Below, in pieces: positions 12,909 through 26,460 of a stretch of DNA of 64,000 bases. Where the stretch lies: contig NW_025964223.1 of the NCBI RefSeq assembly GCF_023055435.1, positions 55,614,001 through 55,678,000 of the forward strand, read 5' to 3'. Position 1 is the first letter of the stretch; each line of letters begins with the position of its first letter. Under the pieces are notes generated by a model. The model did no database searches and was not told where the DNA came from. It saw only the letters and a list, made by a program, of their open reading frames with translations. The position numbers and the translations under genes were made by a program. Source of the DNA: Haliotis rufescens. Its lineage: Eukaryota.

Positions 12909-13169
12909 CTAGCCCACAGTGATAGCATAAAGAAGTTTAACATGAATATTCAACTCAAAGTATACTGACTCCGAGTCGACAAGAAAGATGTACCAGTGTA
13001 TGTATACGTAGCACTTCACACAGCAATCTGTGTGTGGAATCTGTCTAAACCGGACTCACTTGAGAATGGAGGTCAAGTCTGGTTTAGACAGCAGTCCGTA
13101 TTATGCGGATCGATAGGAAGTATCTCAAAGGGAATCTTTGACATTGATGCCAGTAAAAATCAGATGGGA

Positions 13170-13320
13170 TAATGTAAATGCAAATTTAACGTAAATGGAA
13201 ATGTAACTTTGACGTAAATTTAATGTAAATGTAAATTTAATGTATATTTAATGTTAATGTAAATTTAATGTAAATTCAATGAAAATGTAAATTTAATGTA
13301 TATTTAATGTAAATGTAAAA
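13170..13320. repeat. AT-rich tandem repeat (aatgta/aattta hexamer variants)
   Basis: taatgtaaatgtaaattt repeated imperfectly. Confidence 0.8.
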
Positions 13321-14693
13321 GTTGTCCTGCTGTTATAAATATATCGACTTCCGACGTTTTTATCAGGAAATGATGTGCGTTTGTCTCTCACTTGATCTCT
13401 AGGTTCATGTTCATATAAACGTTATATTAATTGTTTTTCAAACAACAAGGATATGAACTAGTGGACGGGTTGCTGAGTGTAAGAGCAATGTGTCCGGAAC
13501 TGTTAACTTTAATTGTCATCCTGTCCGGAACAGGCTGTCCCAGAGAATCGTGCACGTCATGCACATTCAAACTCTACTGCAGTTTCCCTAGTTTCACTCG
13601 TTCACGTAACTATCCCATTACATGGCACAATCCGCGACATCCGTGGTCTATAATTACACGATTATCATCCACTTCAAAAGTCTACATACGACCGAACACC
13701 GCCAAACGGACAGCACACATCGCTTATTTTTATATATTTTTGTTTGTTTGTTTAAGGCCGCACTCAGCAATATACGTAATTAGGATACGATGACATGCAT
13801 CAACGAAGTCAGCGAGCCTGACCACCCGATCGCCTTTTACAACAAACATGGGTAGCTGAAGACCAATTCTAACGCGGATCTTCACGGGTCTTATATTCAA
13901 CGGATATATGTAAAATATGCTAGATCTAGATCTAATAGTTTAGTCTAACCGTGATTCTAATAGTCGTATACAGGAATGTGCCGAACTGACTGTAATCCAA
14001 ACAAAACGATTTCGGTTTAGGTTACAATAGTACAGGCATGACACATGTAGTGTGAGGGAATACTTCCTTACAGGCCATGAGGTAATAGCACGCGTGAGTC
14101 ATCTTTCCGCCAAAGATCTATATTCAGCCGCGATGACTGGCCCATGGTTTTTTTTTATTGTCGATTGTCTCTGTCCGCCTCAAAACGACTATTGAGCAAA
14201 CAAACTACCACGCCTGTGTAGAGACGATTGGCAACTTATAACATGAGACGTTTCCATCCCCACAGAAAGGGGATGGTGTCCGGATATCCCCTGGTGCCAT
14301 TCAGATCCACTCGGCTTATTCCGTTGATCACATTATACCTCGGCGGTGTAATGATATTTTAGATATCCCTCCGCATAAAATTAGCACGACATGACGGTCC
14401 ATTTTGAGAAAAGCTAATTCTGTTTGTAAGAAACAAAAAATATGTTTAGATCACAGCTCGAGGACACACGGTACGATTTGTTTTGTCTGAGGCATTCTGG
14501 AGAAATTCCAGCATTTCAAGCGAACATTTATTATTTTGTATACATTTTTCTCAAACATCAAATTCCATTTCAATTTTCAACTTTAAATCAAACGGACGGT
14601 TGTTAAGAGACGTCACATGAGGGGGTGATGTTCATGAAAGACCCAGACACTGGCAACATGATGAAATTGTCATTTGATATGTCTTTGTCCAGG

Positions 14694-14848
14694 GTGAGTG
14701 AGTGAGTATAGGTTTACGCCGCTTTCAGCAATATTCCAGCAATATCACACCAGAAATGGGCTTCACACATTGTACCCATGCTGGGAATCGAACCCGGGTC
14801 TTCGGCGTGACTAGTAAACGCTTTAACCACTAGGCTACCCGACCGCTC
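14694..14848 (-). mobile_element. SINE family 2
   Basis: Reverse complement of the family-2 head and tail. Confidence 0.85.
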
Positions 14849-15348
14849 TATGTTTGTCCAGGATTTATGTGTCAGATGGCGGTTATATTTCACGAAAAGG
14901 GGTCTTAAATGGATTTGACATTTGAAGTCCCCGTGTCAAGGAGCGAAAGTTGAAGATTTATTTAGTAACGCTTAGAGCACTAAGTAGAACGGCAGGATGT
15001 GAAATATCAAAAGCCATTTATTCTCAATTCGGGATTTTGTTTGTTTGTTCATTCTTTAAGGTTGATTGATGATTGAACTTAAACCACATCTTCATATTAT
15101 TTCCAATTATTGATCGGTGTTCATTATTTTGTATCAACGAAACTGAACATTCAACAGTTCAAATATTCTTGTAGGGGAGACAGTTAATCGTTGAACTATA
15201 ATAAAATATGTTGACCATGCTGTACTACATAAATGTACGTTTGTCCATTTGGAAATCGAATTCTAAAATCTAAAACTTTACGTATTACTATTTCTTGAAA
15301 TGTTTTTACACATTTGATTAAGTTCTACCTGTTTTTTACTGAGAACTT

Positions 15349-15998
15349 TAGGAAACCCAAAGACTGTAGCACTCATAGCACAGTCTAATGTGAAGATTAG
15401 GAAACTGAAGACTGTAGCACTCATAGCACAGTCTAATGTGAAGATTAGGAAACTGAAGACTGTAGCACTCATAGCACAGTCTAATGTGAAGATTAGGAAA
15501 CTGAAGACTGTAGCACTCATGGCACAGTCTAATGTGAAGATTGGGAAACTGAAGACTGTAACACTCATGGCACAGTCTAATGTGAAGATTAGGAAACCCA
15601 AAGACTGTAGCACTCATAGCACAGTCTAATGTGAAGATTAGAAACTGAAGACTGTAGCACTCATAGCACAGTCTAATGTGAAGATTAGAAACTGAAGACT
15701 GTAGCACTCATAGCACAGTCTAATGTGAAGATTAGGAAACCCAAAGACTGTAGCACTCATAGCACAGTCTAATGTGAAGATTAGGAAACTAAAGACTATA
15801 GCGTTCCTAGCACAGTCTAATGTGAAGATTAAGAAACTAAAGACTGTTGCACTCATAGCACAGTCTAATGTGGAGATTAGGAAACTAAAGACTATAGCAT
15901 TCCTAGCACAGTCTAATGTGAAGATTAGGAAACAAAAGACTATAGCACTCATGGCATAGTCTAATGTGAAGATTAGGAAACTAAAGACTATAGCACTC
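15349..15998. repeat. Minisatellite, 48-bp unit x~13.5
   Basis: Unit aggaaactgaagactgtagcactcatagcacagtctaatgtgaagatt, with an internal inverted pair AGACTGT/ACAGTCT. Confidence 0.95.
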
Positions 15999-16584
15999 AG
16001 GGGGTCAGGGGTGTGGGGTGAGGGGTGGTGAGTTTTCGGAAGCATTTCCTAAGTTCACTCTTCGTCTCTGTGACCACGTCACGCTTGCCCTCAGGTCTTG
16101 GTGATCCTGGGTCAGAATTGGTCCCCTGGACACTTCTGAATTCACATTTAACTTCATGCCACAACCTCATCGGATAAAAACTTGTTCAACGACCCTCTGC
16201 GATTATCATATTAATAGGTTACTTTTTCATACTCTGAATCATCTCCTAATCCCAAACTATTTGTGTATTAGCGGAATATTGTGTCTGAGATGTATCGATT
16301 GATCGAACTATCGATTTATCTCCATTGTCAACGCTCCGACAATACATCGATGACAAATACAAATGTCAACAGTTAAGATCGATGCCGCCCCACACAATCG
16401 ATACTATCAATAGACGTATACAAATAATGTAAATCATAAACATAAGTTATGGCCAGAAAACCAAAGGTTGATATTATTAACCACATACCACGTGGGTTCG
16501 GTACGACGACACGCAACCAACCAAGTCGCAGAACCGTATGTTATCGCATGATGAATAAACTTCTTATGAAATTGTTAATTCTCT

Positions 16585-16840
16585 ATTGTTTGTTTGTTTT
16601 AGTTGGTTGTTTAACTCCGGATTCAGCAATATTCAAGCCATATGACGGCGGTCTGTAAATAATCGAGTCTGGACAAGACAATTCAGTGATTTACATCATG
16701 AGCATCGATCCACGCGTACGCAATTGGGATAAGATGATATGCATCAACCAAGTCAGCGAGCCTGTCCACCCGATCCCGTTAGTCGCCTCTTACGACAAAC
16801 ATGGGTTGCTGAAGACCAATTGTCACCCGGTTCTTTACGG
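16585..16840 (-). mobile_element. SINE-like family 3 (non-tRNA head, (AAAC)n tail)
   Basis: Matches the full-length copy at 49055-49321. Confidence 0.85.
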
Positions 16841-17407
16841 TTTATTTCTCTATTGCATTATTTAAAAATTATCGGTTTAAAATACATGTAGAACTATTTA
16901 TAATGACTTCAGTTCAGGGAGGGGCAGCAGCCACTTTGTTATCCCCTTGGAAATTTGAGTGGTGACGAATGACGCACTAGCTGCTATTGTTATAGACGCA
17001 TCCGGGCACTTCTCATCAACGAGGTTGAAGTCAAATTGTGAAGTGGTTAAGTAATCAAGTGAACAGGGAAGGTAATTCAGCCATACTTCTCTCTTATCCA
17101 ACCCCTCGACGAGCGTGATTGAGTGAGTTTGACGCCGTTTTGAACAGTATATTAATAACATCAAGTCGTGTCAGCTTAATGTAGGAGGAAAGCTCGAAAG
17201 GATGCATTTCTAAGACGTTTACCACTTTGATCAAACCCACGGGCACTGGCACGGTGCTGACAAACTTACAAACATAATCAGCGATCACAGGTTTCTTGAA
17301 GCAACACTGCACAGCGAATTGTTGCGCCAAAGACGACTGGGGCTACCGAATCTATTCTATTCTATTCTATATAACTCCAAAGAAAATAAGGATCTCCTGA
17401 TAAAGTG

Positions 17408-17665
17408 TGTTTGTTGTTTAACGCCGCACTCAGCCATCTTCCAGCTATATGACGGCGATATGTAAATAGTCAAGTCTGGACAAGACAATCCAGTGATTAA
17501 CATCATGAGCATCTATCCACGCAATTGGGATCGATGATATGCATCAACCAAGTCAGCGAGCCTGACCACCTGATCTCGTTAGTCGCCCCTTACAACAAAC
17601 ATAGTCGCCTATTGCGGCAAACACCGGTTGCTGAAGACCTATTCTACACCGGATCTTCACGGGTT
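17408..17665 (-). mobile_element. SINE-like family 3
   Basis: Matches the copy at 49055-49321. Confidence 0.85.
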
Positions 17666-18224
17666 CCTTTGGGCTGTTGTTGTTTTGTGGAACTCTATAT
17701 ATTTTCACGAAACACTGTATGTCCTCTTGTGACCCTTGGACATGAAGGGCCTGAACGTGTCATCGCCTACTTCGGTATTTCCTTAAACTGATTCCATTGT
17801 TGAGACCAGTTACGCATTTCTATCATCAAATACGGAATTAAGCTGGTCGTTTAACGGCGTATTAATGTAATCTCTTTCTGGTGACGGAATTGTATATATA
17901 TTTTGCTAAAGAAAATGATTTGAATCTCCAAAAACAGGATGATAGTAGTTAATGGGTTTGTTTTTTGGTTTAATGTATCTGAATTACTCATGAAAGAGCT
18001 TGCGCTTAATGAATCACATTGTCACATTGTCTTCGGTTGCAAATTGTGATGTCTATATGGGTGTTCGTATATTAATTCATACATTTTCAAATGTTTTCAT
18101 ATAAGGGAATCATTTGGGTCCAGTATGATCTGTATAGAATGGAATTTAAATGACCAAATACTGAGTAACTAACTTACTCAACGGATGTAGACGTACATCA
18201 AAGAGTGAAATCGACAATCATGTG

Positions 18225-18284
18225 TATATATGAAATAGACTAGCTGTGTATGTATGTACTCTGAACCTCCGCTGTTACAACAGG
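18225..18284 (+). promoter_or_regulatory. Putative gene B TATA box and non-coding exon 1
   Basis: TATATA at ~18225-18230 and a strong donor CAGG|GTGAGT at 18284/18285, 1.1 kb upstream of the acceptor at 19364. Confidence 0.45.
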
Positions 18285-18944
18285 GTGAGTTTCTCTATTT
18301 GTTCAAAACACGATATATATTTAGTTAGTTTTTGGTATATGTCCTATATACATGAATCTAGGCTTTAATTCATTTACAATTATAAAGAGAAAGAATCCTT
18401 TACAATTCTCCATTTATTTTACAAGCAAATGAATCGATACCAACTGAATTATTGCGTTTATATGGCAATTAATATAATGGCCTTTTGGAATCAAATGCTT
18501 TAAATAAGAAAAATGATAAAAAAATGAAATGATCTCTTTTTCAAAATAGCTCCAAGTAGAGTGATTACAATACACTTACATGGCTCTAACACTGACAGAC
18601 AATATCGTTTAATTGATGAATGTTGATTTATAACGTGACCATTCGCAGAGTAAAAGGCGTTTTTTCATTAATAGGTATAATCGAATATTACAGAAAATAG
18701 ACATTAGTGTAACAATCAATTTCAAATAATGGCATCTGAAACTAACTGATATAATAGTCAGCTGAAACGTCGCACTAATTGTAATACAGAACTTGTTCAT
18801 CCATGGAACTTACTTCAGCTGAATGCATGTATGTCATATATGTATTACACAACTCAATTTTATGTAGGATATATCATTTGTATGACATTATAGGACATAT
18901 TTTAAATGGCTGAAAAAGATTATAAGCTTCTCGATGGTTAAGTG

Positions 18945-19280
18945 TGGAATCGTAGAAGAACATCGTCGCGTTGTTGCCCTTATAAAAAAAAGGCAAAACT
19001 TGTCAAAATTAACCAAGCGTCAATGCATCAACGTGACATTTTGACCATTTGTCGCATTGTCAAGTTGTCGCATTGTTCTGCTTTAAATTAAAAAAAATAC
19101 TTTTACCAAAGGGTGACAATGTTAAAAGTAAGAGAAATATCATTCAATGCGCGACAATGCCATAACTGGCTTAAATGTCGCGTTGTCGCATAGTCGCGCT
19201 TGGTTAATTTTGACACTTTTTGCGTGTTTCTGACGGGCGACAATGCGACAACGCGACTATGTCCCTTCTAGGATTTCATA
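18945..19280. mobile_element. Degenerate MITE with long inverted repeats in gene B intron 1
   Basis: gaatcgtagaagaacatcgtcgcgttg..tgtcaaaattaaccaagcg versus cgctttggttaattttgaca..caacgcgactatgtcccttctaggattt. Confidence 0.65.
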
Positions 19281-19374
19281 ACTGTGTGATATTTAATAAA
19301 ATCAATGGTATATCCATTCTGTGTATTGTCATTTCTTGTGCATATAATACCATAATATTTTCAGTGTCAGCGCG

Positions 19375-20415
19375 ATGAAAGGTCAGCAGGTATTCGTCTG
19401 GCAATATTTCTGCATGTCATCACCGCAGATTCCAGACAATCTGCAGACAAAGCTCTGTCGCGACCGGGAAGATTTGACTTTCGTTCTCTACTCCGTGGGT
19501 TGAAGTCTGGCGGCTCTCTCGTTAAGGCTATCACCAACATACTAGGATTGGGGGACACGGACTTTGGTACGTTCATCAACAGTTTACCCTTCTTGGATCT
19601 TCCTGCCAGCCATCATGCGCTTGCCCACTTTGATGACTTGATGAAGAGAGACAGGAACATGACGGAGATTCAGAAGGCCCGTGTGGAGAAGCTGATGGAG
19701 AAGCTGCAATACAGCATGGAGATGAAGACAGAGCTCGGTACTTGCGATAACGGTAAGGCGCTGTTCTTCCTCCTCCATCTCACAATAAGTGATNNNNNNN
19801 NNNNNNNNNNNNNNNNNNNNNNNNNNNNNNNNNNNNNNNNNNNNNNNNNNNNNNNNNNNNNNNNNNNNNNNNNNNNNNNNNNNNNNNNNNNNNNNNNNNN
19901 NNNNNNNNNNNNNNNNNNNNNNNNNNNNNNNNNNNNCCCTTACCTACATAATAGCATATCCAGCAATGGAGTAGTGTTATTGGATAAACAATAATTGAAA
20001 TTGATATTATCTAGCGACATCAATCCTTTCCATATTTATAAGAAATATCTGACAAAAGCCGATTCCGACTGTATTTAGACCATGTGTAAACTTGATCCTG
20101 ACCGAAGTGTCCGATCCTGAGATCTTAATATTTGTTTGATAAATAGACATTAACTGTAGGTTTTTAATGTCAAGCAATATTACTATAAAGGTCATAAAGG
20201 TTATATTATCATATGTATTATTATAGTCCCGTTTTTGTTATTTCTTGGAGTTCCGTGTCGTGATGTATGGGAATAATGCTTAAAGCGGAGTAAAATCATC
20301 CCAAACAGCCACACTTACTGATAATGTTTTGTCAGTGGTTTCAGGGGCCACGGCGTCAACGCTGCCGATGACTAGTCTGATGTTGTCGGTCATCTATGCA
20401 GTAGTCTCCATCTAG
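19375..20415 (+). pseudogene. Gene B, join(19375..19752,20345..20415): single-domain paralog of A with a frameshift in the signal peptide (pseudogene, null allele or assembly error)
   Basis: ATG AAA GGT matches gene A, but the homologous frame LAIFLHVITADSRQSADKALSRPGR|FDFRSLLRGLKSGG...LPFLDLP is shifted, and the joined length is 449 nt. Donor 19753 GTAAGG and last exon GATASTLPMTSLMLSVIYAVVSI* are intact. Confidence 0.75.
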
Positions 20416-20509
20416 GCATCCCAGCATGCACCTGGCATACCTATCCTCGACGCAGTGAACCCATGTTTAAACTGGATGCAGCAGTTAAACTACGGGGAAA
20501 TTACTACAT

Positions 20510-20760
20510 ATAAACTGCAACTGGAAGCAAATACTGGACAACTGGATTTAGCCATAAATGACAAACGTTATCAAAACGGTACTAGCTTGAAAACAAGTTG
20601 CCGAAACACGCCAAAGTTAAGGTCCAAAACAGAACTATTTTACCCGTATCAAATACATCACCATCGAATAACAATTTCTTGTTTGTTTCATTTTTAGCCA
20701 CCATCAAACATGGATGTGTGCTTCCTTTGCCTGGAAGTTTATATTGTTTAACATAGGACG
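20510..20760 (+). repeat. Old dispersed repeat (also ~38555-39250 +, ~58560-58830 -, and at the window end)
   Basis: Shared acaaacgttatcaaaacg and tacccgtatcaaatacatc.ccatcgaataac.atttcttgtttg.ttcattt.tag..a.catcaaacatggatgtgt. Confidence 0.7.
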
Positions 20761-20923
20761 TGGATCAATGACACCTTCGATGATAGGGCTCATTTAACGA
20801 AAACAATCTTCTGCAATGTGTTTCTTTTTATATACAATGGGGTTTGTTCTGGTTAAGTAGGTTTTTCCGGAATTATGTCCACGAAGGTAATAAAACACCT
20901 ATTATGAAATGTATGTTTCAATA

Positions 20924-21211
20924 GTGAGTGAGTTCGTGAGTGAGTTGGGTTTAACGCCGCTTTTAACAGTATTACAGTTATATCGCGGCGTGTCCGCTTA
21001 ATGTGGGAGGAAAGCCCGAAGTGATGCAGGTCTCAGACGTTTACCACTTCGGTGAAAGCCACTAGCACGGGTATGGTGCTGACAAACCTAGAAACATAAT
21101 CGGGGTGAACCGGGATTCGAACCCACAATCAGAGGTCTCTGGCGTGTCCAAGGGACGCAACTCTGCAAAGCGAATCGCGGCGCCTTAGATGACTGGGCCA
21201 CCCGTGCCCCC
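20924..21211 (-). mobile_element. SINE family 1
   Basis: Near-identical to 7384-7662. Confidence 0.9.
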
Positions 21212-21496
21212 TATAATTCAACAGGCTATGGACAATACGAATGTGGAGCATATACCATGAGCCAGTGACATATTTGTGCATGAAAACAACTCACTCACTC
21301 ACTCAAACATTCATAACCCACTCTCTTCCTTATGAGTGTAGAATAACGATGGTAGAAACAATTCATCCAATGTCATCAGGTTTTGTTATTTTCGGTGGTC
21401 GGTCGTGGGTTCGAATTTTAGATTCACCCTGATTATGTCTCCATGTTTTGTGACCACTGTGCACGTGCTCATGGGGTTCTGCAAAGTTGGAGTCTG

Positions 21497-21498
<2 letters not shown>

Positions 21499-21557
<59 letters not shown>
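21499..21557. repeat. (CA)n microsatellite
   Basis: Seen directly in the sequence. Confidence 0.95.
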
Positions 21558-21559
<2 letters not shown>

Positions 21560-23690
21560 AGCCCCCAACCCCAACCCCCATCCCCAACCCACAACACATA
21601 AAGCTGACACGCAATGGTATAAATGAAATACTGTTAAAAGCGGCGTCAAACTAAATCCACACACCACTCATTCACCCGTTCACCCGTTCACCCACCAACT
21701 ATTGTCGTGTATATTTGCGACAAACAGAGTTGTGTCCCTTGGTCCATATGATACTCGTTTCCACTCGGTTAATTCCGACAAATACACAGAGCTCGGGAAT
21801 AACGGAATCACTAGTTCGAGAGTATATCGCTTAAAGTTCATAAACAGCTAACTATATGTGTAACAATTAGATGCGCAGTTGGACTTGGAGTAGAAAGAAG
21901 AGAAACATACTTTTAAAATTATAAAGAATGTCACGACTGTCACAAGGTAGGCATGAATCATGTGATAGTCACGTGAACAAAACACGCTCTGATCGCTTTC
22001 GTTAACCACTCGCGTCTTTCCGTAACCTACAGGAAGACTCGTCCCTTTCTCGATGGCCGCCATGGGTCGAAACAGCGCAAGCCAATGAGAATGCGCGGAA
22101 GGATTTGAGTACTTTGACCAATATAATCCCTTATATATGGTATAGGATTATTAAATGTTGTTTGTGTAATTTTTGAAGGGAGTGTAGATTGTCAGTTCAC
22201 AGTGCGGCTTATACGGATAACAGAACTGAATTACATTAATGGTGGTTGTCACTTATTGGACCGTGCAGGATGATAACCCTACTTGCGTTTGCTCATGTTC
22301 AGGAAACGTCACACTTGACAGCGACATACTTTCCACTGAGCTAGAACTCCACTTAGCTGCTTTACAAAACTATGGATGTTGATAACATACCAAGAGTTGA
22401 AAAATGAAGTAACTGAAATAATCACCAGTTTCAAAACAATAAATATGCCTATCAAAGTCTCGTTATGAATATTGTCATAATTTTTTGTTTCGGACATTTC
22501 AGTCATTTTTGCACTTATTTACACATTTGTTTGTAGCATACCATGATTTTTAATGCTTCAGTAAAGACAATAAAGCATGAGTCAGTTTCATACCATCTTT
22601 CCGGGGCAAGGGAGTAAACTGACTTTAAAAGTACAGTGGAAACTTGACTTTTTATAGTCAGTTAACTTTCTTGCCTCGGGAAGATGGTTTCATACTGAAA
22701 TATAAGAAATATAAAGGAGATGTTTGAAGAATATCTGTATGGAATCCTTCGTGACTTGTACGAGTCTCCGTTCTGATCGATTTGGTTTTATCACGTGCAC
22801 AGTGGCGGCAAAGATATGCTTTGTGAATATGATGAATCGAGTTTTGAGAAACTGTATTGCAGCTGAGTAAATTAAAGCATTCCTACTTTAAACTATATTC
22901 ACATGTCGATAGTAAAGGGAATCAGTCAGAATAAAACATAAATGAACATTCAAGAGACTTCAACTGAATTTAAGATTCAGGAGAGCAAATATATAAAGGA
23001 AGCTATTTAAAGGGAAAACATGCATCTTGGTACGCGGGTGAGTGATGTAGGACCTTCTGAAGCCTCCTTCCTGAAAGCAGGTCACGTGTATCAGAGTGTG
23101 TCAGCTTCAAGTGAGGGGAAAGACAAACGTGACGCAGGTTTAATCTCAAGCTCCAGCTAGGGGAAACTGACTATATATATACATACTAGTATATAGCCTG
23201 TGGCGGTTACAAAGCAAGAATCATCTTCGATTCAAAACAAATGAAATTATGAAAACGTAATTTTATTACGGCGTTGCGAACACTGACATGATCATCAGCT
23301 TCACTATCATAGATGAGGAGCGATCACTCCTACACCTTTTGAACGGAATACGTTCCTGAAATGAAGAACAAAAAGTAAATAAAATGTCGAATGTTCTTTA
23401 AAATATCAATAAATGCTCCCATTCAGGATGTGCAATTTAAGTACTATTCAAGTAATAAGTAAATTTCATGATTGAATAAAAACAATTCTCATATTTTTTT
23501 GTAATTAAAAACAATTCATTGAGTGACGGGGTGAATGTTGTTTTGTGGTGGACTAAAACAAAGATATAAACACAAATGGACGAGGTGAGTCCAACAGATT
23601 TGCATTGTTTGGTCACTTCAAACATTTGCCATTTTAAGTAAGAGAAAGCCAATTATTAAGTGAAATGTCAGGTTAGTTTCATTCTCCGTG

Positions 23691-23930
23691 TGGGGGCGCG
23701 GGTGACACAGTTGTCTAAGGCGCCACAATTCTCTGTGCAGAATTGTGTCCCTTGGGCACACCTGAAACCTATGATAGTGGGTTCGAATCCATCCCGCTCA
23801 TGTTTCTAGGTTTGTCAGCATCAGACTTCTGAGACCTGCATCACTTCGGGCTTTCCACCCACAGAAAGCTGACACGACGTGATATAGCTGGAATAATGTT
23901 CAACGCGGCGTTAAAACACTCCCTCCCTCA
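23691..23930 (+). mobile_element. SINE family 1, internally deleted
   Basis: Family-1 head and tail present. Confidence 0.8.
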
Positions 23931-24317
23931 CTTATTCTCCATGTACGTTCGTTTGAAAGGAACAAAAAAAACATTTTTCATCTGTAAAGCCGTATAGTCA
24001 TAACATCATCAAAATATATTTTCTTTCATCTTCGATTAGAAAAGGCCTGTTTGTATTACTGTAGTTCATACGCACAACAAATGCAAATCAGCATCAGCCA
24101 AAATAACTTCTTTTATTACATGGATGTGATATAGAGCTATATCATCCTATGTTGAGATTGAGCTCCGTCATTACGATTCTCATCGTCATGAAGATGAGCC
24201 TCCGTTTCCTGAACCAGCCTTAAATAGTTTGTAATATGACCACGCTTTGTCAAATCTACTTAGTCTATCTACAATTCAACTCGACGCGGTCGCCCGTCAT
24301 CGCCTCTATCAGACTCG

Positions 24318-24589
24318 TGACGTCATGACAACACGGGAGAAAACTGAAGAAACTGAGTCACCCTGACCATCTGAGCGGATACTTCCAACTGTCCTCCCAA
24401 CACGACCCTCCTACGACGAGCAAAGAGGCTGTGTCATGAATATATGGCACCACCTACTGAATCACCCTCGGAAACAGTGTTGCAGAATGACAAGGTTCCC
24501 AGCTTCCCTATATAATGGTACAGACTCAGTGTTCAACATAGAAGCTGAACCGAAGCTTACCTACCTACAGTTCTATATCTCAGAGAAAG
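24318..24589 (+). promoter_or_regulatory. Gene C promoter and non-coding exon 1
   Basis: TGACGTCA 24318-24325, TATATAA 24509-24515, donor AAAG|GTAAGC at 24589/24590. Conserved in gene D and recognisable in gene E. Confidence 0.7.
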
Positions 24590-24671
24590 GTAAGCGTTTC
24601 TGTTAAAAATGATATAACATTGTTAAAATATGTCAATAGTTTGCATAGCATGTTGGAAAGCAGTTATTCAT

Positions 24672-24920
24672 TTATTTGTTTGTTGTTTAACGCCGCACTC
24701 AGCAATATTCCAGCTACATGACGGCGATCTGTGAATAATCAAGTCTGGACCAGACAGTACAGTGATTGACATCATGATCCACGCAATTGGGATCGATGAC
24801 ATGCATCAACCAAGTCCGCGAGCCTGACCACCTGATCCCGTTAGTCGCCTTTTACGACAAGCATAGTCGCCATTTACGGCAAGTATCGGTTGGTGAAGAC
24901 CTATTCTACCCCGGATCTTC
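24672..24920 (-). mobile_element. SINE-like family 3 in gene C intron 1
   Basis: Matches family 3; absent from gene D intron 1. Confidence 0.85.
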
Positions 24921-25522
24921 ATTTACAGATACTTACTTAAACTAAAAATAAATACTCTCGTTAAAACATTCTTGAAAATACCCGCCTGCAAATACCGCCC
25001 GAGACGTTATATGTGTTTGGCAATATCATTGCTTCGGTCTTCAACAAATTTAGAACACGAGGAGCCTAGTCGTCTAAGACACGGGACTTGCGTCACTTAG
25101 AACTATGCCTGGATCCTAGGATCGTGGGTTAAAATATCAGATTCACCGTGATCGTGAGTCTTGCTTTGTAAGCAACATAACGTGCTCGTGGTTCAGCACG
25201 TGGTAATTAAACGTCATCACTTTGTGATGTAACCGAAGTACTGTTCAAAGCAGCATTAAACCAAGTCCCAGTGATAGCGATAGTATGCATGTTTCATGAA
25301 TCAACAAATTAAAATTGGTTGGTATCGTCCTTCAGCAGGGACAGCAGCAAATGCCGTCGATATTTCCCGATTTAAAACACTAATTCGAACCTTATTTTTT
25401 GAGCTTGCAAACTTGGAATGAACTGTTTACTAGTTACACTGCATGATAAATATATATTTATTAAAATGCATTTATAAGGCGAAATGCATGTGTTATTCCC
25501 ATCCTCTTAATTCCAAAGAGAA

Positions 25523-25738
25523 CGCCAGAAACCTATGATTGTAGGTTGAAATTCCCGGTTCGCCCCGATTATGCTTCTAGGTTTGTCAGCACCATACCTG
25601 TGCTAGTGGGTTTCACCGGACGGGTAAACGTCTGAGACCTGCATCACTTCGGGCTTTCCTCCCACATCAAGCTGACGTGCTGTGATAAATCTGGAATTCT
25701 GTTATTAGCGGCGTTAAACCAAACTCACTCACTCACTC
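25523..25738 (+). mobile_element. SINE family 1, 5'-truncated
   Basis: cgccagaaacctatgattg...actcactcact. Confidence 0.8.
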
Positions 25739-26102
25739 TAAATTCCAAATATAGACCAGTGATAGGCATGTGATATGGATTCCCTTCCCATACGTGAACT
25801 ATTTACAACTTACAACTGTTATATTTTGTCTTCGGTGTTATGCATAAATTAATTGAAATTTCAAAATTGGAATGGGCCAGCATGGAAGTATTGTTGCTGT
25901 GTAAATTTGCTCAAGTTTACAAATATAAACCCATCACAGTCTACGTTTCATGGTTTCAAATTGGAAATGACACGAGACACACTGCAATTCAGTGTAGCAG
26001 ACTCAACGCCCCTTGTTCTGTTCACCGTACAACGGAAGTGACTACACGTACATAAACCCACTCATTTAGCATTACGTTAGAGGAGGCTATCAATGCTTAA
26101 GT

Positions 26103-26460
26103 GAGGTGAGGTGAGGTGAAATTGGGTTTAACGTCGCGTCAAAGATTATTGCACTTGTATAGCGACGTGCATGCACGTGTATATGTGTGTGTGGCTGCTT
26201 GTACTAGTCCGGACTGATGCCGATTTATAGTGCTAGCTCACTGAGATACCATGCCGCAGTTTAACATGAATACCCCACTCAGACACAGTATACTGACTTC
26301 GAGCCGACCAGTCCTTGTTTTAGCCCCTAATGCCGAGCGCCAGACAGGGTAACAACAAGTACGATCTTTTAACGTCTTTTGGTATGACGCGGCCGGGGAT
26401 CGAACCCCGGACCTTCCGCTCCCCGGGCGGACGCTCTACCACTAGACCACGGAGGCGGTC
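26103..26460 (-). mobile_element. SINE family 4 (tRNA head, Meta-like core, (CACCT)n tail)
   Basis: Head ctccgtggtctagtggtagagcgtccgcc..ggttcgatcccc, core gtcataccaaaagacgttaaaa..ctggcgctcggcattag, TSD CAATGCTTAAGT (26091-26102/26461-26472). Confidence 0.9.

Noticed and set aside
15278-16045. Repetitive ORFs or CRISPR-like array
   Set aside because: This is a head-to-tail 48-bp minisatellite with no unique spacers and no cas genes, in eukaryotic DNA.
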